64,000 bases of DNA, taken from the NCBI GenBank assembly GCA_964304625.1, contig OZ199840.1, positions 4,006,490-4,070,489 on the forward strand, given 5' to 3'. A program made the translations under genes and the position numbers. The notes under the pieces are model-generated. The model ran no database searches. It worked only from the letters and a program-made list of their open reading frames with translations, and was not told the origin of the DNA. Position 1 is the stretch's first letter. Each line of letters begins with the position of its first letter. Source of the stretch: Kudoa neothunni (Eukaryota; Animalia; Cnidaria). This document shows positions 1 through 12,670 of this stretch, piece by piece.

Positions 1-107
1 TCTCCGGACAAATATTTGATATTATTATCACCGCAATAAACAAATATCCTGAATGCATGTATATTTTAGTGATAAATTAAATGTTTATTGAATATCATTC
101 ATCTTGC

Positions 108-140
108 ATGTGTATGTATATGTGTGTGTGTGTGTGTGCG
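108..140. repeat. (TG)n microsatellite in importin intron
   Basis: Run of tgtgtg directly before the acceptor AG at 144-145. Confidence 0.9.
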
Positions 141-145
141 TTTAG

Positions 146-3100
146 TGAAATCAACCTCTTCTCCATGCGAGCTATGTTGAGTGCCGTAAAATTCGCCTCC
201 AAGGAATTCTCAAATGTGGAACACAGGAATCACCTCATGGAAGTTACTTGTAAAGCCACTCAATCCACTAATATGGAGGTATTGTTTTTTGTGGTCTAAT
301 CACATTGTAACAAAATGTGTAGATAAGTGTCTGTGCTATGCAAACGTTGGTTCGTATTGTTTCTTTCTATTATCACGTGCTCGAAAATTATATGAATGCT
401 TTGTTTCAAGTTGATTGGTTGGATTGTGTGCTTTTAATTTTAATCCCTATATTAGATCACCATGGCAGCAATTAAGAGTAATTGTGATGAGCTTATACTA
501 CAAGGGATTGAATTTTGGTCTACATTGTGCGACGAAGAAGTTGAACTTAACGAAGCTGTTCGAGTAATTTTATTAGTCTATCAAATCGACTTCTGTCTGA
601 CACCACATGACTCATGATTACTTAATTGGGATTGAATAAAATTAATTGTTCATTCTAGAATGGAATAATCGAACAGGCCAATGGAAGCAAGATGTATGCC
701 ATGGGATCGTTGGAGTATTTGTTGCCATTATTGTTTGAAAAAATAGTTGAGGAGGTGAGTTGCGCGGATTTAATTGATAAAACTTTTGTCGTGTTTCTTC
801 GAAATAATTCCGACCTATTATAACTAATTGTTTTGTATTAACTAAATTACAACTTCAATTAAAGTTCTAATAACGTTTTCAACTTGGAATCAACATAATA
901 CTAGGACTTAATTTCGAAGAATAATTGGACATTATGTATGCTGCGCGCGCTTTGTTGATTTTTTATGCTCCTTAATATGTTATTATCCATGTAGGACGCT
1001 AATATTGATGACGATGATTGGAGACCGTCAAAAGCCGCGGGTGTTTGTATTATGCTGCTTGCGGTGAATATTGGAAATCCCATTGTTTCTTATGTGATGA
1101 ACTTTGTGTCCCAAAATATCAATAGTCCCAAATGGGAACGACGAAATGCGTCTTTGTTGGCATTTGGATCAGTTCTTCATGGTCCTGATCCCGAAATTTT
1201 TATGCAGACTATCATGTCAATAATTCCCACTATTCTGCAACTGATGAACGACCCTGTGCCCTCTGTTTGTGATTCTAGTGCCTGGGTGCTGGGAAGAATA
1301 TTTGAATACGTAAGTTTCGTTGTTATTCATTCACAAAAAACGAAATCATTTTCTAAAATTACTTCGTTAAATATTGGAATTACTCATTAACATTTTTAAT
1401 TATTTATTATAGTTGATTAAGCTATAATAATTTGTGCTTTGCTAAGGCAATTAATCTGCATTGTCATTTCAAAATACTTCCCAGCTTTCTGGTGTTCAGA
1501 ATTGATATGTTCAGTTCATAATTGTGTTTATCCCATTATTTTGATTTGATTAAATTAGACTGCTTGAAAATAAATACATAGCAGATGTAATTACGCTTGC
1601 GCTAAGTGAGAAACGGGTTTAATCTATAATAACCCAGAGGAAAAAAACTAAATTACATTAGTGAAATAATGAATTTTATTTGTATTCTAAGTTTTAAGTG
1701 CATAATGTGGATATTTCCTCGAGATATTGGAGGTCATAATATTTTTATAATTCATACAAACCTCTGATTCGGCTCATTTTTATGCTCATGTTATCGTTGG
1801 AATTAAAACTGGGGTTACAAAACCTATACTTTAAATTTTTTCTAGGTTTTAACAAGATAGTTTATATCGGCACTGTGAGTGTAAGTAATATTCGGTTGTT
1901 ATTAGTTTTGGCTATATTGATTTGACCTCTAAGGACAAATTTATGATTCGGGGATAATTTAATATAGCCGATTCTGAAAATTTAAAAATGAATGTTACTT
2001 GTGGGTGGGAGAGAGATTTTGGGTTAAAAATTTTGTCGCACGTGCGTATGTGAATGGTAGAATTAAAATTTACCGCGCAAATAATCACCAATTTCCCAAA
2101 AATATAAATGCAGGTATTGAGGGAAATTAATGGGTATTTTCAAGTTTATTTTACAAATTATAGACCATAACTTTATGAGAAATTTAATTAACGAGTAAAG
2201 TTCATTTATTTACTGAACAAAATCATATAGTAACTAAAATAGTTCTTTCAGTTATTTTAAAAATTTTTGCGATAAAAATTAATCCTCTAGTTATAAAATT
2301 TATTACTAGTCCATAAACGATTAAAAATAAAATCGACCTAAGGTGCGTCAGAAGCAAAAATATTATTGTTACCCCCTTTTTTGCAATGTTAGAAAGGATG
2401 TTAATGAGGTTTTAATAAGCTGTGAGTGGGAACTTACGTATTCACTATTTTAACAAAAATACTTTCTGGTTCAAAAATATACAAATTATATTATCAAAAT
2501 ACGATTAAATCTAAAATGTAAAGGTGCTTTATGATTGAAAAATTACAGTAATGCTTCAATATCAACTGGTTTTCTCTAAGGAGTGCACCCTTCTAAAAAT
2601 AGACGTGCTGTTTGATTGCCCTAAAAACTTTCTTTGGATTGAATTATTCTTAGATTAACGAAAACTGTGAAAATATCGGTTAAATCGAATAAACCAATAA
2701 TTTCTTATTAACTTACATACCACGTATTGAGGGGGTTCTGTATTTAGTGCGAAAGTAATCGTGAATATAAAATCTTAAATTACGTATAGATTGCGGCATC
2801 GCATATTCTCATGCAGCTTCTATATCATAATGAATTATTTTTATCGCTAAAAATTATATATTGATTTGAATATTAACCTTAAGGTCTGACTGGGGATAAG
2901 GAATAATTAGGTTAACAAGAACTTAAACATTGTTTAAAAAATTATCTCAATTGATATATTTGGTAAAAAGAAATTTTCATTCAAGAAGTTATCATAAAAA
3001 TTTAATCATTTGAAAACTTTACACACATCATACATCGTTTTTAGAATGCGTATTGAGATAAAGACCCAAATTAATCCAACATGGCAACAATTTTAAGCTC

Positions 3101-5049
3101 GAATTATGTGTTTTCTTTAAAGTGATCATAATCTATTTTGCTTAACTATATCCATAACTCTTGAAAAGAGAAAACACAACCCAAATAACTTGTTTATGCT
3201 TCAAATCTTATGGGAAATGCAACAACTCTTGTAAATGTGACGTTCATAGTTTTATTTGTCTTAAAGTAACCTTTAACAGGCATATGTAAAATTTTTAGAA
3301 CATTCTACACCATAGTTAAGAGACTCTTTTCCTATATAATGAGTAAAAAGTTCATTTTAATTGGCTATCACTCCGAAGTAAACCAATATCAATACTATTC
3401 AGGTACTTTTAATATGCTTATTGATACAGTCAACCGGAAAATACCTTATTTCTGACTGCAGTATTGATTTCATTTATACCTCTAAGTAAATGAACGATTT
3501 TTATTAATGGTATTATCTATTCAAATGCAAACTAAACGTTGTATTTAAAAAAAGTTTCTCAATGGCACATGCGTACTTCTGCGAACACGCACTCTGACAG
3601 GCTAAAGAGCTTATATATATATAGATTATTATGAAATATTTTCAATTATTTTCTGTAATAATTATTATGTTAAATTTGTAAATTATAATTAAGTCGCCAT
3701 GGTGACGCCCAATCATAATTCGAATGCGTTCGATAAAATTCGAATTTTCAAATTTATCCTAAAAAACCTGATTTTTATATTAGATGGAAATTTCGGTGTT
3801 AGACATTTTTCAGCTGCAATATCTTTTGAAGTTTTTAATGTACTAGAAACAACAGAATTTTTTTATTCCGATTTGTTCCGAAGTAATTATTGCTGAAAAA
3901 TTGCATCTTCTGTTTAAAATAACTACTCGTTTTTATAACGGAAAAATAAATAATATTCAAAATTTTCTTAATTGTTTTAAGATAATCGTTTATTTTCGAA
4001 AATCGGAATTGTTAACAATTCATTATATTATTGTATATAAGCATAACGTAATAGTACATGATTACAAAACGCCGTCAGTTGTTTTTGAAATGTTATAGTT
4101 TCTAATGATATCGTGAGTACGCTGTTAACCAGTCATCTATAAAAATGAAATGGATCAATATTTTTACAGAATATTGCACGAACGTAAAATTACTTAATTT
4201 TGTACATTCTTTTATTATTTACAATTAAAACTTGAGATTTTTCTGTTCGTTTGTAATTAATAATTTATTAATTTAAATATTTTAGCGGAGTAGATTACAT
4301 TTCTTATTTTATTTACTATTTCATAAATTAAAATTATAATGATTTATGTTTTTATGATTCGAATTTTTTTACTAATTGTTAACATGAATCTTAGATTCCT
4401 TGTATCGCCAGAAATCAAAATGACGCCGATGTTCTTTCTGCCGCCCTACTTAAGGGTCTTTCTATGCCACATAATATCGCCAGCAACTGTTGCTGGGCGA
4501 TATCCATCTATATGCGCTCGATTTACGAATATCAACAACAGCTGGATAGACCAGGTGCAGCAGATGCGACCACGGATGCTTCCTCCGAACGACCCCAAAC
4601 CAGTCTCATTTCGAAGACGTTCGATATATTTGCGAAAGCCATTTTCGACACTATCGACCGTTCCGATGTCAACATGAGCTCGTTGAGGACTATGGCTTTT
4701 GATGCACTTATGTCCCTCATCAAATATCATCCAAAGGTAAGGTTCGATTGCACTTTCTCTATTCAACTCTAATTTGAATAAATCAGAGTTGAATGATTTT
4801 ACAACGTTGTCGCTTTGCAGTTTGTGGTCATTATTAATTTCCTATTAATTTTGTAGGATCGCTATCAAAGTGTTGAAAACATTGTCGGCCTTATAATTCA
4901 ACGTTTGGTGCGCATTCTTTCGATGAAGGGACAAATTCACTCCCCTGATGAAATGATGCAATTCACAGAAATACTTTCGTTGATTTGCGCTTGTCTACAG
5001 GTAATATAACGATGTGACAATTGTTGCTTCATTCTTACATATCATCACT

Positions 5050-5089
<40 letters not shown>

Positions 5090-6212
5090 CATACAATAGG
5101 TTGCATTCAATGTGATCAAACCTGAATCGTTGGTCCCCGCCTTCGAACAGACCCTCCCACTTTTCCTTGACATGCTACAATCTGCGAAGAGCTCCGCTGT
5201 CGAAGAAGATGTACTACTTACCCTAAGTACCACTGTATCAGGTAAACTAGAATGAGTCCAAGCTTGTTTTTGCCGACATTCGTGTCTCGTGGAATCAGTT
5301 GATTTTTATTTATGATCGATAGTGCTTGACAGACAGATTGTTCCATATATCGACAAAATTATGCCTTTGGTTGCACCGGGAATGGTAATGTTAAATGAAG
5401 TTGAAGTTTGCGTAGCCACGATCAATCTTATGGGAGACATTGCAAGAACTGTTGGTGTTGGGTTCGAACCATATGCTGAACGTTTCCTTTCCACTGCACT
5501 CACAATCATAAATGTATTGATATTTTTATTTTTAACGTTAATTTAATTGTACCGATTGACTCGTATTTCACGCTCAAAATTATAGACACCTGACGTTAGT
5601 TACAAAATTTTGGCAGCAGTTTTTCATACTACCGGCGATATTGCCTTTGCACTTGGTCCTAAATTTGAACTGTATGCTGTGCCAGTGTTAACCTGTGCTC
5701 TTCAAGCCTACTCCATACCATTTGTAGAAGTAATCCCTATATGTCTTAACTCATTACTATTCATATATCACAATGTAGGTAGAAGATTATGATCTAATCG
5801 ATGACTTAAATTATGTACGGGAAGCATGTTTACAGGTCTACATTATGACCATCCAAGGAACTTATGTGGAAATTAAAAAGAAGCTTGGTAACCCATTTAA
5901 CAAATATATGTTTGATTTTTAATATTTTTCGTAGGAGACGTTAGCTCCTTGACCAAACTCATTGTCAACCTTGTTACTGGAGTAAGACGCACTATCTCAG
6001 ATCCCAACTGCAGTGACAAATTTGTAAATCTTGTGTGCGGATTCTATGGAGACCTAGTTCTGTTGTATGGGAAAGAGCTTTCCGGTATCATCGAGATCAG
6101 TCCAGTTGTTGAATTTTTACGAGAGCACGCCAGCAACAGCAACAACTCCTTGTCTCAATCTTCCGCTTGTTGGGCATATGATCGATTTCTAGAAAACAAA
6201 CTTGTCAGTTAG
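146..6212 (+). CDS. KPNB1: Importin subunit beta-1 (karyopherin beta 1), 5'-truncated by the window, multi-exon
   Basis: GT-AG exons at about 146-278, 323-409, 456-563, 659-754, 995-1309, 4395-4736, 4857-5000, 5100-5241, 5323-5513, 5586-5729, ~5780-5887 and 5935-6212 splice in frame. They give importin-beta motifs: [81 protein letters not shown] and C-terminal ACWAY. Confidence 0.95.
5053..5094. repeat. (TA)n/(TACA)n microsatellite in importin intron
   Basis: atatat...atacatacatac just upstream of the acceptor at 5098-5099. Confidence 0.9.
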
Positions 6213-6525
6213 TTCGATTACGGATATTGTATAGTCTTTATGGATGTAATGTTTGATGGCGGTTGTTTTAACGTATTTAATGAGGCGTATCACTCTGCGT
6301 GTTTACCGCCTGTAACTAGACGAAATGATTTTTCGTGATTTACTAAATTTCTCTTTAAAATCGGATTTTTTATTTTTCTCGTGTCTATGTAAGTTAGTCT
6401 TTGGGGCGTGGGTTATTTTTGAGTTGAGCAATGCCACCTAAATTTATCTTATATCCTGAGCTTATGCTATAAAATTTGTTAAACTGTTTATTTACTATAC
6501 TTACTGATATTTTATGATTAAGTTT

Positions 6526-6917
6526 TTAACCCCCTAAGGTATCAAACAACAAACTACCTCCGAAGATTTTGGAATGAAATTCACCCCAGAGTTTTTTAAG
6601 TCAATTTAAACAAAAAATTGTAATACATTTGTTCTTAAAACATTATATACTTTTCCACATTACATGCAGAGAGAATTGTCATTACTCACATTAATAATCC
6701 TTATAAAAATTACACGGCGTAAGTCATCAATTCTTCGGTAACACACAAAAGTAAAAAATGTAATTACGATGTATTTGATTTTAATTTCTAACTTATTTAT
6801 TTTTTAATAGAATGAGTTAAGATAGAATTCATTTTGAATAATAAACACATTTTTGGATGAATAATTAAGTAAAAATTGTGTTAGGGTGAATTTCACCCAA
6901 AATCCTTAGAGGGTTAA
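6526..6917. mobile_element. Non-autonomous piggyBac-like MITE
   Basis: Ends are TTAA-CCCC...AGGG-TTAA. The right end read in reverse (CCCTCTAAGGATTTTGGGTGAAATTCACCC) matches the left-side CCTCCGAAGATTTTGGAATGAAATTCACCCC at ~6557 and resembles the terminus of the piggyBac at 38811. Confidence 0.65.
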
Positions 6918-7777
6918 AAACGCAAGTTGTATCCTTGATTGAGTTTTATAAAATAGTGCATCATTTTTTAAGATTATTACCTAGCTTTCATCAGTAAACA
7001 TTCAATTTTTACTCCTAGCGACAGAAAAAACTGTCTGTATTTTGGATGATGCGGATTAATACAGTGGGTGACCACTCGTTCGTAATTTCTAAGATTGTGC
7101 GCGCGGTACTAAGGAAGATACAATGCTATAAATTAAATAAAAGATAATTTATTTTTTGGTAAATTTCTTAGTTATAATAATATTTTTAAATTTTCTGACG
7201 TTTATAGTATGTACTTCTCGTTCAATATCCGTTTGATGTTTATAACTATTTCTACCGTGATGTTTCAAATGTTTTAAACCAGATAAATGGGAGAGGAGAA
7301 ATTTTGAATGGGATAATTCTTCGTCCCATGCCATAAAATTTTCGAAGTTTTTCTTTCGTCTTTGTTACAATTACCATCACTAATAAAATCACTAATATCT
7401 GCGTCATTTTTAATATTGTTTCCGCTACAAGCCTTCGCTGGTTTTGGAAAAACCTTACTATTTTATATTTATCTTTTAAGTCCTAACTCAATTTTCATAT
7501 CTGTCCTTCATTTTATCACCAATAGAAGACAGAAAACTCAACGCACCTGAAAAAGTTACGAACCACACGTCACTACAATATAATCCAGAATAAACCTAAT
7601 GAATTAATTTAAAAATATTTTATTTATATTCATAATGATCAATTAAATGTTTCTAAATAGTTCAAGAAGTAAATACCTTATTAGAATCTTATTTGTACGT
7701 TAATTTTGTAATATTCCCTCAAATTACGAACTATACGTCATTCACTGTTTTTCCTAAGGACTGGCTATATTTTAAAC

Positions 7778-8110
7778 ACCTGATAATCCCCTCGCAGCGA
7801 TGGCATTTCTCAGGAAATGAATTTCTCGAAACGTGAATTATATATTTTCGTAAAATTTTATGTTTCAGTTTATATTTAGTTAATTTACTTTTTTTATAAT
7901 TTTTTAAGTTTTGAAAAGTTAAGATTTTGACGTAAATATCGATCATGTAATCAAAAATAATATTTTTGACCTATGAAACTATTATATTGTATTTTAAGAT
8001 TATTAACAAGTAATAGTTGTAGTTATGAACAAACATTTTTATAATATCAATTTGAATTGCGCGTCCAGGCTGCACTGTTATGGTTTCTGAGCTTGAAAAT
8101 GTTTGAGATT
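7778..8110 (+). repeat. Dispersed degenerate repeat, copy 1 of an unnamed long-TIR family
   Basis: Starts with ACCTGATAATCCCCTCG, also found at 11538. Bases 7900-8110 align in reverse complement to 12237-12440 (for example GCTTGAAAATGTTTGAGA vs TCTCAAACATTTTCAGGC). Confidence 0.65.
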
Positions 8111-9204
8111 GGAACTTAATTAAAATCACATAGGTGTTGGAGAGTTAGATATTTAACGACGATTCGTTTTAATAAGAAAGATGGAAGATTTGACCATATA
8201 TAAGTATTACAAATTATTCTTTAATTTATTTTCTTCCTTTGAGGGTTAAGGTTGTCATATTGAATGCTTCCAAGGCTTACTTATTTATAGCTATTTAACT
8301 CCAAATTCCGTGAAACAATATTTAATTGTTAGCTGTAAAAATTACATCGTTAATAAATATATTTATATTTTATAAAATATTTAGCTTTTCATTGACCAAT
8401 GCCAATTGCATGTACGAAAGCTCTTTAACCAAAGGTTATTCTTTTGCACAATTTTTTTAAAGAATTGGTGACTAGTGTGTGTAAATCACATTTTGGGAAG
8501 AAATTCAAATATTAAGAGGGTTTTTAGTAGGGTTAATTTTTATTAAATGAATTAAGAAGCGATCCAAGAAACCACCTACCACGATGCCAATTTTTCCCTC
8601 CACAATGAGATAAAGAAATTAGCTCGATATGTATAGTTTATAATAGTTTTTGTGGCGGTGAGTTCATTTCCAAAAATGTGTTAGCTCTTAAAATTGATAA
8701 TATTCGAAATGTCTGTTTTCTAAAATAAATATCATTTTGTCGATAAAAAAACTTCCAATTTATTACCCCGTCTGAATATATACGGATTTATCTATTCTCT
8801 TTGATCGGATTAAATGTATTTTTAATATAACTAATTTTTTTATTCTATGAATGATCGGCTAAAATTAAATCAGTGTATTTAGGACAATATTTTAATTCAA
8901 AATTATATAAAAATCGTTGAGATGCATTATACCTCATAAATAATTGGTAATTGTAAGTTTTTCTACCATTCGAGGGATAAATGCACATTGGGAAAAACAT
9001 TTGAATAATTTACGCACTATTAAATTAAGAGAGTATTTATATTTTAATTAATCAAAAGAAATACAAGGATCAAATACGAAAAATTAAATGTAAAAAAGAA
9101 AAAATATAAATATTTTTTATTAGAAAATTCATCCCTCATATAGTACCTCTATTTTATTCATACCTATATAACAAATTAATTTTGTTTTTTCATTAATATT
9201 TATT

Positions 9205-10824
9205 TTACCGGCAATTAAGAAATAGAAAATGATAACATTTTAACTTGGGTTTTTCAGAAGTTGCGCCTGCCTTGTTTTGTACATCCTGAACTTGGGCAAT
9301 AACTCCATTAGATCCTGTATTACTTCCGACACTTACTACGCTTCCGTTCGCCGAAACATCTTCCGAAGGGCTACTTGAATGTACTTGTTCGCTTTGAACA
9401 TTTAAACTTTCTCCATTGCTCTGAGTTGGGTTTCGAACCTCAGGCTGATTGAGGAGGGCAGCAGCGGTTGTCAATGGTGCTGTGCAAATAGCATTGCAGG
9501 CAACTTCACTTATAAAATTATTCAGGTTCATTTCCTTTCCATTAAATTTAAACTTTTTGCACGACCCAGTGTTTCCTTCGGACTTTTCATAGTAAAATCG
9601 ATTTAACTGGTACATATCGCCTGCATTAGCATCTCCAACCTTTGGTTGATTACACACGTCAACAGCTTTCAGTTCCCCAATATGGGCAGCTATTTTATTT
9701 TATAATATAAAGAAATTAAATATTTCATTTTTAGTTGATAGAATACTTGCAGGACAAAAACTTGCACACAATTCCACCGAACTAAATATATTATTTTCGC
9801 CATCGTCAAGTTTGAAAGTTTGATCAGGAGTTTCGGATAAGAATGGTAAGCAAGCTTTTCTCGTTTTGTTAAAATAATAATATTCTTTTACGTTGGTTTC
9901 AGTAACAACTTCCGTTTGGGGTGTAATTTGAAAGGGAGCAGTTTGGTCGCATGCAGCGACATAGTCGGCTACATTTGATTATGGCGCCAATCGTAATCAA
10001 ATAAATACTTATGCATGTATCTGTGCAAGTCGGTAGATCATCAAAATAGCCTCGCTGAGCATTTTCACCAACAGCAGCATATACGCATTTCCTTTTGTCT
10101 TTATGAAGAACAACACCCATTTTTGGAGTTACACTATCTACTTCTGCCGCAAAAAGACAGTCAAATTTATTTGGAGTTTTAATGAGCGTTTCTTCATTAG
10201 TTCCTTCTGCGACAATGCCATTCTTTTTATCTAAATAATTTAGTATCAAATTTCTACGCTTAAATAATTTTATTCGAATTACTTCGACAGGCGTTTTCAC
10301 ATTCAGTTTTTGTCTCGAAATTATTAGCATTTCCACCACATCCAGTGTATTTGAACTGATAACAAGAATTTGTAGCACCGTTATTGACTGCAGATGCTGA
10401 GTAATACCATCTAATCAATTTTTCGCCATCTGGTAAATTACAAGAACCTGGCTTTTTTGGTAATGCACAGGCACTTGATTTTTCTTCAGGTGTAAAATTA
10501 ACTAGTGATAGCGTTAAAATCTGCTAATAAAATATGATTTACGATGGTTTTCACATACAGCTTTTGACACAAAATTGTTAAAATTTCCAAGTGACCCCAA
10601 ATATTTAAAAGGTTTGCATTTTGCCGTTTGAATATCAACGTACCATCTGTCAACTACAGCTGCAGCTTGTTGGTCAGGAGTCATCCAGGAGGGAGGTGCA
10701 CCCTCGTCTTTGGCATAAGAATCCAACGCTCGTTCTATGCGAACATAATTGTATTTATATAATTGTTGTTACTACCAAGTGAAACAGTCACCAAAAATAA
10801 AGAAAATAAAACAACGCTAAGCAT
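9205..10824 (-). CDS. Secreted multi-Kunitz (BPTI-like) domain protein, five domains, mostly cysteine-degenerate
   Basis: ATG at 10824 starts a signal peptide (MLSVVLFSLFLVTVSL), followed by five phase-1 GT-AG introns. One canonical Kunitz domain (CALPKKPGSC...RWYY...CYQFKYTGCGGNANNFETKTECENAC) and four degenerate ones (RWYVD..CKPFKYLGSLGNFNNF; CLF..C..YFDDLPTCTDTC; YYYFNKTRKACLPF..NIFSSVELCASFC; RFYYE..CKKFKFNG..NNFISEVACNAIC), then a Ser-rich tail. The 3' end is not fully resolved. Confidence 0.88.
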
Positions 10825-11537
10825 TTATTATTAATTCAAATAATACACATTCGTTTCTTTACGAAGCAACAGTACTAATTGATTAGAGAATAATTTTTAT
10901 ATCAATTGATTTACCAATAGAATAACTTTAATCTGTTAATAATATTATAGCATTCATGTGAAAATTTTGATTTAATAATATTAACAAAACATAATAATTT
11001 AAACGCGTATTATTTACTAAATTTATAAAAATACAACAAATTTACGTCAAATTTTTTTTATATTGTTATTAAATCAATTTTTATTGTAATAGTTCATTTA
11101 TCGTTATTCTAAATGATTTATTAGAAACTACCTGCGATGAAATGTCTTCGTTAATGAAATTCCCCTACAGTAAAACTAGGTATTTCAAAATAACTCAAAA
11201 CACACCCATAATAATTATTTCTTAAAGCACCCGTTCAAGGATAATATTTATATAACTATTATAACTTTTTATGGTATACATATCATATTATTTGATTCCT
11301 TTTAAATTCTAATATGAATTACCTAATTACACATAGGAGCATTAAAAAATATGAGTTTCCATCTACTTAATTATTTTTTTATATAAATAAATATAATCAT
11401 CTATTCCGAATAGAACAGATTCGAGCATTAGAAGCTATAGCTCATTAGATAGTGGGAATTGGTTGAGCCAAGTTTTATAATACCTTATGATATGCAGTCT
11501 CTTCATAAAAATAATAGGAAATGGCAGTATCTCAGTT

Positions 11538-12570
11538 ACCTGATAATCCCCTCGAGGCATTGTCTATATCTCGAGTACTGAATTTCCCTAAAATTATATT
11601 ATATATTATGATGAAATCATATTTTTCAACTAATCTTTGATTAATTTAATTTTCATATAACTTATTAATAATTTGTAAAAGTTTATATTTTGATACATTC
11701 GATCATCCTGATATCAACAATAGATACGTGTCTCCCATTTAAATCTAACATTTTACAAACTATTATTTTTTTAATAAATAAAATAGATTTATTAACTATG
11801 TAATTTTTACCACTAAAAATTAAATATTTTGTTCTTACGAAATTTTGCCTTCCACGAATTTAAATAAGACATCGAAGTATTTAATAGGAAGTGGTTATTG
11901 ACACGATCATAATATCCAGGTAGGTATAATTAAATAAAGCAGATTCTGAAAAATAAACTTTATAGATCAATTATAAATAGGAGTTAACGGGATTAAAAAT
12001 GTGAATCAAGCACACGTAATTGTCATTGTAGATTAAAAACTTCCGTGTAGATAGCCAGTGCCTATTTAATATGGCAATGTTCATCATCAAAGGAAAGAAA
12101 AAAATTAAAGGATAACTTGTGATATTTATAGATGGTCCAATATAAATTTCTCCTTAATGACCCCAATCATCGTTAAATATCTACCTTTCAATCACCAATG
12201 TGATTTAAGTTCAAGGAAGTTGAACTACGTTTAATTCTCAAACATTTTCAGGCTAAGAAATCATAGTAATGCGGTAATGTAGGCATGGTTCAAATTAATA
12301 TTAAAAGAATTGTTTTTATGTTCATGATTATAACTATTACTCGTTCGTAATCATAAAACGAAATAGTTTTATAATAACAAAAAATAGTGTTTTTGGATAT
12401 ATAGGACAAATATTTTCACCAAAATCTTAACTTCTCAAAAACATTAACAAATTGTAAAAAAATTAAATTATTTAAAATCGATATATAAATTTTATATTAA
12501 TATATAATATAGTTTTGGAGAAATCCATTTACCGAGATAAAAATAAGGCGATGGCTATTGGCACGGTAAT
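11538..12570. mobile_element. Possible long-TIR (foldback/MULE-like) element of the same family as 7778-8110
   Basis: A forward arm at 11538-~11710 and a reverse-complement arm at ~12237-12570 face each other. Both are degenerate and no TSD was identified. Confidence 0.4.
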
Positions 12571-12620
12571 TAATATCTCGATAACCGCCTCTCAGTTTAA
12601 AACCACATTTCACAAACTTA

Positions 12621-12668
12621 TTAACCCTTAAACACTAACCCTGGGCTCCAGGAGCCCAGGGATTAACT
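12621..12668. mobile_element. piggyBac-type terminus interrupted by the pogo element
   Basis: TTAA-CCCT followed 14 nt later by the perfect palindrome CCCTGGGCTCC-A-GGAGCCCAGGG (12639-12661), the same geometry as the piggyBac end at 38807-38844. Confidence 0.5.
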
Positions 12669-12670
12669 TA

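Noticed and set aside
4339-4766. Overlapping and antisense ORFs at 4339-4677, 4446-4766 and 4532-4723
   Set aside because: These are shadow frames of an importin-beta exon.
7149-7550. Short ORFs 7149-7334 and 7362-7550
   Set aside because: No recognisable motif or splice structure; probably repeat debris.
9164-9245. Hydrophobic (TM/GPI-like) C-terminus of the Kunitz protein in an alternative frame
   Set aside because: It requires an unsupported one-base deletion, and the in-frame ending is also possible.
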